A stretch of DNA of 64,000 bases from an uncultured Gemmatimonadales bacterium. Its GTDB lineage: Bacteria > Gemmatimonadota > Gemmatimonadetes > Longimicrobiales > Gaopeijiaceae. Position numbers and translations under genes: made by a program. Every line of letters begins with the position of its first letter. Position 1 is the stretch's first letter. The stretch covers positions 320,001-384,000 of the forward strand of contig CAWGKG010000010.1 of NCBI GenBank assembly GCA_963823035.1, written 5' to 3'. The notes under the pieces were generated by a model. The model did no database searches, had not been told where the DNA came from, and saw nothing but the letters and a program-made list of their open reading frames with translations. Below, one piece after another: positions 11,992 through 21,007 of this stretch.

Positions 11992-12228
11992 CTTCCCCTC
12001 CGGGCAGTCGGGTCCGAGTCGGACCCGACGGAGGGTGTAGGCGCAAGCGACGTGCCGTCGCGGGGTCGGCCCCTGCCGTTCGCCGAAAAGCATTGGGGCG
12101 CATGGGGAATCGAGGTTTGGGGACGGACCGGAGCGCCGTCGGCCGGCGTCCGTGCGCGGGGACGGTTCGGGAAGCGGCAGTGTCCACGAAGCGGGACGGC
12201 GCGGGTCGTGGAACAGGGGGTCAGGGAC

Positions 12229-12265
12229 AAAAGAAGCGACGGCAGGCTGGCGCCTGCCGCCGCTA
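12229..12265 (-). terminator. Rho-independent terminator
   Basis: Minus strand AGCGGCGGCAGG-cgccag-CCTGCCGTCGCT-TCTTTT. Confidence 0.75.
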
Positions 12266-12369
12266 GGCACGCCCCCCCCAGGGCGTGAGGCCCGGCTCAG
12301 AGAGGGCGCGGGCACACCAACCCGGCCACCAACCAACCTGCTCGAGGGTCGGTGAACCGGTTTTCTAAT

Positions 12370-12820
12370 CTATGCGGTTTTGCGCTCCATTTGAAATACC
12401 TGCTTCGAACGCGAGCTCATCTCCCCGATCGGAACCCCACCGTGAGGCTGGACCCGCGTGACCGATCCGTCGAGGACCAGCGGATACACCCACGGATCCG
12501 TACTGCACGATTTGTACCAAGTGAGGCTCTCCGCGCTTTGGCGGGGGTGCGACCGGCTCGGTGATCGAACGCCACACCCTGTCCACGAGGGACATGCGCT
12601 CCGAAACCGAGTCGGCCCATTGGGCCAATCGGATCTGCCGGCGCTCACCCTCCGTCAGGCCCCGGACGATCCGCCGGTGACCGGGGAAGCTGTGCGAGAG
12701 CAGAAAGGCGATCGCCTCGCGCTCGGGGAGAGGCTCGACCTCGGAGCCGGACGACGGCCCGGGCGTCCGGACGCGGCGCCCATCCCTGCAATCGATGTAT
12801 CCGTCGGCCGCGATCCGCAT
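12370..12820 (-). CDS. Hypothetical protein (apparent indel ~12495)
   Basis: AAGGAGG RBS before ATG 12820 (MRIAADGYIDC...); C-terminus probably continues as WVYPLVLDG...MERKTA; terminator downstream. Confidence 0.6.
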
Positions 12821-13056
12821 CTTGGCCTCCTTCCTGAGCAGCTTGGGGGGTGAACTCCTGTCGACGATCGCTCTCCTCTTTCTCAAGGATCGTGCCGATC
12901 GGGGAGGCCCCTCCCGCTCGGTCCCTCCGTACGCCTCAAGATCTTGTTATGTAATGTCTTTACGGGAAATCGCCGCCGGATGGCCCCGGGACGCCCGGGA
13001 GCCTCCCGGGCCGCCATATGTTCCGGATGGGGAAAACTCTGCCCACCTTCATCGGC

Positions 13057-13968
13057 ATGAACTTCCATGCCGAGGACGACGAGCTGGGGGCGCACGTCTC
13101 CACGCGCGGGGGTGTGCAGAACGCCCCCGAGAGAGCCCGCGAGATCGAATCCGCTTGCCTGCAGCTCTTCACGAAGCAGCCCAACCGGTGGGCCGAGCCT
13201 GGCGTGGACGCGGCGACGGCCGAGGCCTTCCGCGCCTCCCGGGAGCTCCATGGGATCCGGGTGGCGGTCGCGCACGATTCCTATCTGATCAACCTCTCCT
13301 CGCCGGATCCCGCGCTCTGGCGGCGCTCCGTCGCCAGCTTCACCGGAGAGCTGAGCCGGTGCGCGGCTCTGGGGCTGGACTTCGTGGTCACGCACCCGGG
13401 CAACGCGACGGACGGCGACGTGGACCGAGGCATCGCGGCCAACGCCCGGGGCATCCTCGTCTCGATGGAGCAGGTGGGTGACGGACCCACGAAGGTCCTT
13501 CTCGAGCTGACGGCGGGGTCCGGTTCGTCCGTGGGAGGCTCCTTCGAGCACCTGGCGGCGATCCTCGATGCCCTCCCGACCAGCGCGCGCGGGCGCGTCG
13601 GCGTGTGCGTCGACACCTGCCACGCCTGGGCCGCCGGCTACGACCTCGTCGGGGACTACGAAGGCGTTTGGACGGAGTTCGACCGTCTGCTCGGCCGGGA
13701 TCGGCTGGGCCTTCTCCACCTCAACGACTCCAAGCACCCCATGGGCTCGCACCGCGACCGGCACGAGACCCTCGGCGAGGGAACGCTCGGAGCGGAGCCG
13801 TTCCGCAGCATCATGCGCGACGAGCGGCTGTCGGGGGTGGCGAAGATCCTGGAGACGCCCAAGGGCGACGACCCCGTCGCGGCCGACCTCGCCAACCTCC
13901 GCTTCCTGCGCGCGTTTCGCGCGCCCGGGGTCAGTCCCCCGAAACGCCGCTCAGCTCGCCGCCGGTAG
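13057..13968 (+). CDS. nfo: Endonuclease IV
   Basis: LGAHVS, HDSYLINL, THPG, LLELTAG, CVDTCH, HLNDSK, DRH, ILETPK. Confidence 0.93.
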   Translation: MNFHAEDDELGAHVSTRGGVQNAPERAREIESACLQLFTKQPNRWAEPGVDAATAEAFRASRELHGIRVAVAHDSYLINLSSPDPALWRRSVASFTGELSRCAALGLDFVVTHPGNATDGDVDRGIAANARGILVSMEQVGDGPTKVLLELTAGSGSSVGGSFEHLAAILDALPTSARGRVGVCVDTCHAWAAGYDLVGDYEGVWTEFDRLLGRDRLGLLHLNDSKHPMGSHRDRHETLGEGTLGAEPFRSIMRDERLSGVAKILETPKGDDPVAADLANLRFLRAFRAPGVSPPKRRSARRR

Positions 13969-14830
13969 CCGGCGCGCCGAGCATGCCGTCGTCCTCGTCG
14001 GCGATGCCCTTCACCCGGATGCGACTCCCGGGGTTCACGCCCAGGAAGGGCCGCAGGACCATCGCGATCAGCAGCACGACGCCGAACGCGCACACCAGCA
14101 GCGGACCGGTGGCCAGGTCCCAGTAGAAGGACGCGCCGATCCCGCCGATGATCGCCACCGCGCCGCTCGCCCAGGCGAGTATCAGGGCGGCCCCGAACTT
14201 GTCGGTGAAGAAGAAGGCCACCACGGCGGGAATCACGAGCGTGCTGAACACCATGAGGACGCCGGCGATCTCCACGGAGAAGGAGATGACGATCCCGAAG
14301 GAGAGGTAGAAGAGGAAGTCCCAGAGGCGGACCTTCTTCGCCTTCTCCGGATGGAAGGAGATCGTCAGGAAGTAGCGGCGGAGCGCGAAGTGGAAGATCG
14401 CGATCACCACGTAGGGCACCACCATCTTCCCGATCTGCTCCCAGCTCACCCAGATGAGCGTGCCGGTGAGCGTCTCCTTGATGTGCTCCGCGCCCTCCGG
14501 GGTCAGCCCGGCCAGGAGGATGACGGCGGCCGACGCGACCACGTACGCGATGCCGATGATCGCCTCCTGCGGTACCGCGGACCCCTCCATACGGGTGAAG
14601 CTGAAGAGGGCGGCGCCCACGAGCGTGGCTCCGAGCGCGAAGACGAGGGACATCTCGGTACCGAGCGGGATGCCCATGAGGAGGGCGACCGTGGTGCCCA
14701 GCGCCGCGATCTGCGCGAAGGCGAGGTCCACGAAGATGACCTCCCGCGCGATGACGTGGAGGCCCAGGTACGCGTGGACGGACAAGATCACCAGGGCGGC
14801 CACGATGGGCGGGATCATGAGGTCGAGCAT
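13931..14830 (-). CDS. Metal (Zn/Mn-type) ABC transporter permease
   Basis: Multi-TM; HAYLGLHVIAREVIFVDLAFAQ, EAIIGIAY, GVLMVFSTLVIPA (ZnuB/MntB-like). Confidence 0.85.
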   Translation of the reverse strand: MLDLMIPPIVAALVILSVHAYLGLHVIAREVIFVDLAFAQIAALGTTVALLMGIPLGTEMSLVFALGATLVGAALFSFTRMEGSAVPQEAIIGIAYVVASAAVILLAGLTPEGAEHIKETLTGTLIWVSWEQIGKMVVPYVVIAIFHFALRRYFLTISFHPEKAKKVRLWDFLFYLSFGIVISFSVEIAGVLMVFSTLVIPAVVAFFFTDKFGAALILAWASGAVAIIGGIGASFYWDLATGPLLVCAFGVVLLIAMVLRPFLGVNPGSRIRVKGIADEDDGMLGAPATGGELSGVSGD

Positions 14831-14853
14831 GGCTTTTCCCTATCGCGATGGTG

Positions 14854-15895
14854 TCAACTGCCGGAGAACGCGGCCGCGAGTCCGGAGACCCACGCGTCCA
14901 CGAGCGAGAAGTAGTCGTTCATGTCCGGACGCACGCCGGGCTCCATCGGAACCTGGACGAGCTTGGCGCCGGCCCGTTTGGCCACGGTCTCGACCTTGCT
15001 CCGGTCGAAGTACGACGCCGCGAGCAGGACCTGGATGTGCTCGTTCTTCATCTTCTCGATGAGCTGCGCCACGTGGCCGGGCGTCGGCGGGATGCCGGGC
15101 TTGGCCTCCACGTAGTCGGCGCACGTCACGCCGAAGCGATCCTCGAGATAGGCCCAGTTCTTGTGATAGCAGATGATCTGCTTGCCACGGAAGGGCTCGC
15201 CCTGCTTCAGCCACCCCCCGAGCTCCTGCGCCAAGGGGGTGTCCCTCGTACTGCTGGCTCTGCAGGAACTGGAAGAGCGTGCCGTTGAACGCGAGCTGTT
15301 CGAGCGTGGCCCCCCCGAGAAGCTCCACGAGGCGGTCTCCGAACAGCTTCCGGTAGATCTTGTCCTGGAACTTCGCGAGGCCGGTCTCGAAGACGCTGGC
15401 ACGGTCGGGCGCCACGCGCTTCAGCCCGGTCGTGATGTTCCTTGCGACTTGTAGGACACGCAACGGGTCGGTCGTCAGGTGCGGGTTTCCGAAGATGTGC
15501 ACGTCGCCCGCGCTGCGGTCCGCGCTGACCGGGATGTCCAGGAGCGTGATGCCGGTATACGCCGTGATGTAGCCGCGGCCGCCCTCCAGCACCTGGGGAT
15601 TGCTGGCCCGGTCCAGGAGCGTCGGCACCCACATCTCCAGATCGAGGCCGGTGGTGATGAAGGCGTCGGCGCGGCGCAGGTCCAGCGCGAAGCTGGGTCG
15701 CGGCCGCACGAAGTGGGCATCCTCGTTGGGATTGGCGATCGAGGACACGTCCACCTCGGCGCCCCCGATCTCCTTCGCGATCTCGGCGTAGACGGGTAGC
15801 GTGGCGACCACCTTGAGAGGTGCCTGGGGAGCGGCGGTCGGGCCTCCTCCCGAAGCGGCCATGACGGCGGCGCTGAGCAGGGCAGATACGATCAT
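14854..15895 (-). CDS. Metal ABC substrate-binding protein, ZnuA/cluster A-I-like (apparent indel ~15235; true start may be 15903)
   Basis: EDAHFVRPRP, GDVHIFGNPH, YHKNWAY, EAKPGIPPTPGH motifs. Confidence 0.88.
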
Positions 15896-15947
15896 CGGTT
15901 CATCTCCTCGCGGGGAGCGGGCCCGACGGGCCCGCGTCGGCGTCCCA

Positions 15948-17300
15948 TCAGTAGGTCTCGTGCTTGTGCGGCCCCATGGCGAACGTCACCTGGAGCATGA
16001 AGCGGCCGGGACGCGTGGAGTCGCGGCCCAGCAGGTCGTACTCGCCGCGGACGCGCACGAACTCGCTCTGCCACCACGTGAGCGTGGGGCTGACCAGCCA
16101 CGCGGTGTCATCCGGGTTGGCGGGGTTCTCGGTCCAGTCGAAGCGCCCGCCCGCCAGCCACTGCTGGCCCAGGCGGGTCTCGGCCATGGCGTAGAGGCCC
16201 GTGGACTTCTCGGACAGGTGCGTGCCGTCCTCGGCGACGAGTCCGTCCAGTACCATGACGCCGCCGCGGACATTCACGCCGCGGTACAGCGACCTGGCGG
16301 GCGGCCGCCATGTGAAGGAGACCTCGGCACCGTAGAGATTGCGGTCGAAGAGGTTCGTCTCGTCCTCGTAGCTCCCGTTCACCCAGCTCAGGCTGAGGTC
16401 GAGGTCCGTGGCCGGCGAGAGCACCCAGAAGGCGTTCAGGTTGCCGAGGAGGGAGAGCCTTGACGACGTCCCGAAGAGGGCCTCGTTCTCGCTCCGGGTG
16501 GCCTCCCCCGTCAGCGTGTACGTCCCCGCGCTGCCGCCGAAGGGCGCCAGCCAACGCACGGAGGCGCCGGTCTGGGCCAGCGGCTCCTCGCCGATGAAGG
16601 CGATGCTCGGCAGCGACCGGCTCTGGAACGGATACGCGTGGGAATGCCAGCGGTTGAGCTGTCCGAACTGCTGATAGAAGTGCCCGAGCTTGAGCCCGAG
16701 GCCGCCCGGGAGGCTGACCCATTCGACGTAGCCCTCCTCCACCTCGAGGCTGCCGCCCTCCTCTCCGCCACCCTCGCCGAAGGGCACGATCTCTCCCCCG
16801 GGCTGGTGCCGCGAGATGAAGGCCTTGGCCCTGGAGAACGGGTCGAGGTTCGACACCACGGACAGCTCGAACTCCCGCGGGAAGAAGTTGTTCGAGTCGG
16901 TGTTGCCCTTCACGACCTGCGCGAAGAGATCGCCGGTCAGGCTGATCTCGGGGTTGGATGCCTGCAACGAGCGCTGTCGACCCACGAACTGCTGGGTCTG
17001 CGTGGCCTCGGGGGCCGGCGGCGGCGCCTGGCCGCCCGCAGACGCGGCGGCCTGGGCGGCGGCGCGGAGCTGGGAGAGTGCGTCCTGAGCCTCTCCTTCC
17101 TCACCGGAGGCGCTCAGACGAGCCACCTCACGGCGCAGGCTGTCCACGAGGGCTCCGAGGCGGCGCAACTCCGCGCGCACGGAGTCGGCTGCCGGGGGCG
17201 GCGCGGCCTGCGCGGACGCAGGGCGGGCACACACCACGAGGGGCACGAGGAGGGCCGAGCCGGCGACGAGCAGCCGGAAACGGCGGGCAGGGATGTTCAC
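15948..17300 (-). CDS. Putative outer-membrane beta-barrel for metal uptake
   Basis: Signal peptide, coiled coil, NPEISLTGD, REFEL...LDPF, NRWHSH, amphipathic strands, C-terminal GPHKHETY; AGGAG RBS. Confidence 0.75.
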   Translation of the reverse strand: MNIPARRFRLLVAGSALLVPLVVCARPASAQAAPPPAADSVRAELRRLGALVDSLRREVARLSASGEEGEAQDALSQLRAAAQAAASAGGQAPPPAPEATQTQQFVGRQRSLQASNPEISLTGDLFAQVVKGNTDSNNFFPREFELSVVSNLDPFSRAKAFISRHQPGGEIVPFGEGGGEEGGSLEVEEGYVEWVSLPGGLGLKLGHFYQQFGQLNRWHSHAYPFQSRSLPSIAFIGEEPLAQTGASVRWLAPFGGSAGTYTLTGEATRSENEALFGTSSRLSLLGNLNAFWVLSPATDLDLSLSWVNGSYEDETNLFDRNLYGAEVSFTWRPPARSLYRGVNVRGGVMVLDGLVAEDGTHLSEKSTGLYAMAETRLGQQWLAGGRFDWTENPANPDDTAWLVSPTLTWWQSEFVRVRGEYDLLGRDSTRPGRFMLQVTFAMGPHKHETY

Positions 17301-17399
17301 GGGTTCTCCTGTTCATCTGGATCGACGTCCGAAGCCGTCGGCCCGATCGACAGGGGACCGACGACAGTGGGAGGGTCGCGTCGAGCGACCTGGAGTCGT

Positions 17400-17732
17400 C
17401 TAGACGGACGGAGGCGCGCGGGTGCGGTTCCCGTTCGCCAGGATCCGCGGGTTCGAGTGCGGAAGGTCGGAGGGCCGGCTGCCGCGTTGCAAGCTGAGCA
17501 CCGGGCCGGGGAGCCCGACGCGCGAAGGAAGCGAGAGGTTGGCACCCACCTGCGTGCAGATCGTGTGATCGTGCGCGGGCGCGCACACAGACGGGTCGTG
17601 CGCGCTCTCCCACCGCTCGTGATGGTCGAGGTCCGCGCGCTCCACGAGGGGTACGGCGACGCTCAGCACCAGCATGAGCGCAGACAACCAGGCCGATATG
17701 GCCCGTCTCGTACCTCGTCCCCTCGGATTCAT
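17400..17732 (-). CDS. Upstream leader ORF with export signal, His/Cys cluster and terminal RAPP motif (DUF2946/CruR-like)
   Basis: MNPRGRGTRRAISAWLSALMLVLSVAVP...DHHERWESAHDPSVCAPAHDHTIC...NRTRAPPSV*. Confidence 0.75.
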   Translation of the reverse strand: MNPRGRGTRRAISAWLSALMLVLSVAVPLVERADLDHHERWESAHDPSVCAPAHDHTICTQVGANLSLPSRVGLPGPVLSLQRGSRPSDLPHSNPRILANGNRTRAPPSV

Positions 17733-17741
17733 GGCGCGGTC

Positions 17742-17770
17742 AGCGTAGGTCCTGCCTTCGAGGCTGTCAA
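17742..17770 (-). promoter_or_regulatory. sigma70 promoter of leader ORF / metal operon
   Basis: TTGACA-17nt-TACGCT on minus strand, 9 nt before ATG 17732. Confidence 0.75.
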
Positions 17771-17916
17771 TCCGCCGAAGTCGTGCGGAGGTCGACGAGA
17801 ATACCCGTCCTTCGTGGGGAGGTTGCGGGCAGCCGTCCAGGGGGATCTCCCGACACCGGGCTCGGGGGCCCCTGCTTAGTCTATCCGGAATGGACGCATC
17901 TTCTCGCGGAGGCGAC

Positions 17917-18828
17917 ATGAGCCGGAACGAAAGCCGCGTGGCAGGAGCGATGCTGTGGGTGGTGGCGTTCATCGCGATGTTCGCGGCCGCCGGCTACCAG
18001 CGACGCACGGGGCCGACGTACGAGTTCCGCGGCCAGATCGAGGTGGCGGGTCGGAGCTGGGACTACGCGCTGCTGCGCAGCGAGGAGACCGTGCGTGACG
18101 CACGCGTCGCCGTCCCCATGCCCGGCGCGGGCGCCACGGGCGAGGTGCGGGTGCGCCGGTACCCGACGGACGATCCCTTCACCCCCGTGCAGATGCGGGA
18201 GGAAACGGTCGACGGCGTGCAGGAGCTGGCCGGGTACCTTCCGCGCCAGCCCGCGGCCGGCAAGCTCGAGTACTACGTCGAGCTGCACACGGCCGACGGA
18301 GCGCGCCGCATTCCCGAGGTGGGGGGTGCCAAGGACGGTGGCAGCACGATCGTCATGCGCTACAAGGACCCCGTCCCACTCCCGCTCCTGCTGTCGCACA
18401 TCCTCCTCATGTTCGTGTCCATGCTGATCGGCATCCGCGCGGCGTTGGGGGCGATGGTCGGGGAGGCCCGGGCCCGGCGGCTCGCCTGGGTGACGCTCGC
18501 CGGCCTCACCGTAGGCGGGATGATCCTGGGTCCGTTCGTGCAGAAGTACGCCTTCGGAGCCTTCTGGACCGGGTTCCCCTGGGGGTACGACCTCACGGAC
18601 AACAAGACGCTCCTCATGTGGCTGGCGTGGGTGATCGCGTGTGGTGTCCTGCTCGTGGGACGAGAGCGGACCGCGCCCGGGCGCGCCGCGCGCCTGGCGG
18701 TCGGCGCGGCCGCGGTCGTCATGGTGGGCGTCTACCTGATCCCGCACAGCCTCAGGGGCAGCCAGCTGGACTACGAGCAGGTGGACCAGGGCGTGGGGGC
18801 CGACGCGGCGATCCACTCGGGGCGGTAG
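17917..18828 (+). CDS. Hypothetical membrane protein
   Basis: GGAGG RBS; N-terminal TM, soluble domain, about 4 C-terminal TMs (GFPWGYDLTDNKTL). Confidence 0.8.
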   Translation: MSRNESRVAGAMLWVVAFIAMFAAAGYQRRTGPTYEFRGQIEVAGRSWDYALLRSEETVRDARVAVPMPGAGATGEVRVRRYPTDDPFTPVQMREETVDGVQELAGYLPRQPAAGKLEYYVELHTADGARRIPEVGGAKDGGSTIVMRYKDPVPLPLLLSHILLMFVSMLIGIRAALGAMVGEARARRLAWVTLAGLTVGGMILGPFVQKYAFGAFWTGFPWGYDLTDNKTLLMWLAWVIACGVLLVGRERTAPGRAARLAVGAAAVVMVGVYLIPHSLRGSQLDYEQVDQGVGADAAIHSGR

Positions 18829-18891
18829 ATCCAGGGGCGGGTCCGGATGGATCCGGACGCCCTCCCGGAGGCGGAACAACGCGTCTCCCTT

Positions 18892-18919
18892 TTGTTTCCA
18901 ACCGGCCCTTGGGTATATT
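18892..18919 (+). promoter_or_regulatory. sigma70 promoter of ncRNA
   Basis: TTGTTT-16nt-TATATT, 5-6 nt upstream of the RNA stem. Confidence 0.6.
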
Positions 18920-18924
18920 GTCCA

Positions 18925-19075
18925 TGCGTGCCGGAGGGCTCCTTTATTGAGCCAACAGTCTTGAAGCCGGGACTGACTCCCGGGCTGGACGTCACGCCCC
19001 GTGGGGGAAGGCGGAAGGTCTGGGGAGGTCACCAGAACTACTACCCGGGCTTCAATAATACCCCTTCGGTGCGCA
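18925..19075 (+). ncRNA. ssrS: Probable 6S RNA
   Basis: Rod-like fold: 18925-18938 pairs with 19062-19075; TTATTGAGCC pairs with GGCTTCAATAA (cf. 6S UGAGCC/GGUUCA); A-rich central bubble; own promoter and downstream hairpin. Confidence 0.72.
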
Positions 19076-19079
19076 GCGG

Positions 19080-19109
19080 GAGGGCCGGCGTCGCTGGACG
19101 CCGGCCCTC
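19080..19109 (+). terminator. Hairpin after ncRNA
   Basis: GAGGGCCGGCGTC...GACGCCGGCCCTC inverted repeat. Confidence 0.7.
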
Positions 19110-19239
19110 TCGCACTTCGGGGGGCGACTCGGGCCGTCCGGCGGGTGAGGGCGCCGCCCGGAGCGGAAACCGCGCGCGCCGGCGGGGGTAGCCCAGCGGG
19201 ATCCGAGAGAACGTCCCGGACCCTCCCAGGAGCGTCGCG

Positions 19240-19659
19240 ATGCCGACCGTACGCGCCACACGGCGGGCGCACTTTTCCGCAGCGCACCGCCTCTTCCGGC
19301 CGGATTGGACGGAGGAGCGGAATGCCGAGGTCTTCGGCGACTGCTCGAACCCGAACTGGCACGGCCACAACTACGAGGTGGACGTGACCGTCGAGGGCGA
19401 GATCGATCCGGAGACGGGCTACGTCCTGGATCTCAAGCTCCTGCGCGACGCGATCCAGGAGCGGGTCGTCGGGGACGTGGACCACCGCAACCTGAACCTC
19501 GAGGTTTCCTGGATGGAGGGGCTCAACCCCACCACCGAGAACCTCGTGGTGGCCATCTGGAAGCGCATCGAAGGGGCCTTGCCCCCGCGCATCCGGCTCG
19601 CCCGGGTGGTGCTGCACGAAACGCCACGCAACTCGGTGGAATACACCGGGCAGGAGTGA
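19240..19659 (+). CDS. 6-pyruvoyl-tetrahydropterin synthase family, PTPS-II-type motif
   Basis: [18 protein letters not shown] (C-X5-HGH), DHRNLN, TTENL, ETP. Confidence 0.88.
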   Translation: MPTVRATRRAHFSAAHRLFRPDWTEERNAEVFGDCSNPNWHGHNYEVDVTVEGEIDPETGYVLDLKLLRDAIQERVVGDVDHRNLNLEVSWMEGLNPTTENLVVAIWKRIEGALPPRIRLARVVLHETPRNSVEYTGQE

Positions 19660-19664
19660 ACGGG

Positions 19665-20291
19665 ATGAAGGTTGGAGACGCGATGGGCGAGGTCGGGGCC
19701 GCGGTGGAGGCCGACCTCTCCGGAGTGCCCTTCGAGGCGCTGGTGGCCGAGATGATCCGCCGCTGCGGGGACGACCCCGATCGGGAGGGCATGGCCAAGA
19801 CTCCCGAACGCGTGCGGAAGTCCATGGAGTTCCTCACGCAGGGATACGGGCTCACCGCGGCCGACGCCATCGGTGGCGCCCTCTTCGAGGAGCCCCACCA
19901 CAACATGGTCCTGGTCAAGGACATCGAGATGTACTCGATGTGCGAGCACCACCTCCTCCCCTTCTTCGGGAAGGTGCACGTCGCCTACATCCCGGACGGG
20001 CGCATCATGGGGCTGTCGAAGGCCGCCCGGCTGGTGGAGGTATTCAGCCGCCGCTTCCAGGTGCAGGAGCGCCTCACCGAGCAGATCGCCCAGGCCATCT
20101 GGGACACGATCCGACCGCAGGGCGTCGCCGTGGTGATCGAGGCCTACCACCTGTGCATGATGATGCGGGGCGTCCAGAAGCAGAACTCGAAGACGATCAC
20201 TTCGGCGATGCGCGGCGCGTTCCTCGATGACCAGCGGACGCGGGACGAGTTCCTGCGCCTCACGATGAGCCCCCACCAGCCGCTGTCGTGA
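19665..20291 (+). CDS. folE: GTP cyclohydrolase I
   Basis: [32 protein letters not shown]. Confidence 0.95.
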   Translation: MKVGDAMGEVGAAVEADLSGVPFEALVAEMIRRCGDDPDREGMAKTPERVRKSMEFLTQGYGLTAADAIGGALFEEPHHNMVLVKDIEMYSMCEHHLLPFFGKVHVAYIPDGRIMGLSKAARLVEVFSRRFQVQERLTEQIAQAIWDTIRPQGVAVVIEAYHLCMMMRGVQKQNSKTITSAMRGAFLDDQRTRDEFLRLTMSPHQPLS

Positions 20292-21007
20292 CCGGATCCG
20301 ACGCCCTGCGCGGGCGCACCGCGCTGGTCACCGGCGCGAGCCGCGGCATCGGTGCGGCCGTGGCCGAGCGCCTCGCCGAGGCGGGTGCACGCGTGTGGGG
20401 GATGGCCCGCTCGGCCGACGCGCTCGCGGAGCTGTCGGCGCGCTCGGGCGTCACGGCTCTGCCGGCGGATCTGACCGACGACGCGTCGGTGTGGAGCGCC
20501 GTGGACGGCCTCCAGGACCAGCTCGGCGGACCACCCTCCATGCTCGTGCACGCGGCGGGTGTGTTCGGACTGTCGCCGATCGCGACCGAGAGCGTGAAGG
20601 CGTTCGACGCGCACTTGGCGGTCAACCTGCGGAGCGCGTTCCTCGTGGTCCGAGCGCTCCTCCCCGGGATGCTCGAGCTCGGCGAGGGCCTGATCGTGAA
20701 CGTCGGCTCGGTCGCCGGGCGCAAGGCGTTCCCGGGGAACGCGGCGTACTCTGCTTCGAAGTTCGGGCTGCGTGGGCTACACGAGGTGCTGCTCGAGGAG
20801 ATCCGCGGCACCGGCGTGCGCGCCACGCTCGTGGAGCCCGCCGCCACCGACACCTCGCTGTGGGATGCCCTGGACCCCGACAACGACCCGGGGCTTCCCG
20901 ATCGGGCCACCATGCTCTCCCCCGAGGACGTCGCCGAGGCGGTGCTCTTCGTGGCGACCCGGCCCCCGCATGTCCGTATCCCCGTTCTCCAGATCGAGCA
21001 CGCCTGA
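20288..21007 (+). CDS. SDR oxidoreductase
   Basis: [13 protein letters not shown]; translationally coupled to folE. Confidence 0.88.
   Translation: MTGSDALRGRTALVTGASRGIGAAVAERLAEAGARVWGMARSADALAELSARSGVTALPADLTDDASVWSAVDGLQDQLGGPPSMLVHAAGVFGLSPIATESVKAFDAHLAVNLRSAFLVVRALLPGMLELGEGLIVNVGSVAGRKAFPGNAAYSASKFGLRGLHEVLLEEIRGTGVRATLVEPAATDTSLWDALDPDNDPGLPDRATMLSPEDVAEAVLFVATRPPHVRIPVLQIEHA

Noticed and set aside
13931..13968. Convergent 3' overlap of nfo and the metal permease as regulation
   Set aside because: Short tail overlaps are common in high-GC genomes
18925..19075. ncRNA as SRP RNA, tRNA or preQ1/THF riboswitch
   Set aside because: No SRP GGAA domain-IV motif, no cloverleaf, no recognisable aptamer consensus; rod fold fits 6S better
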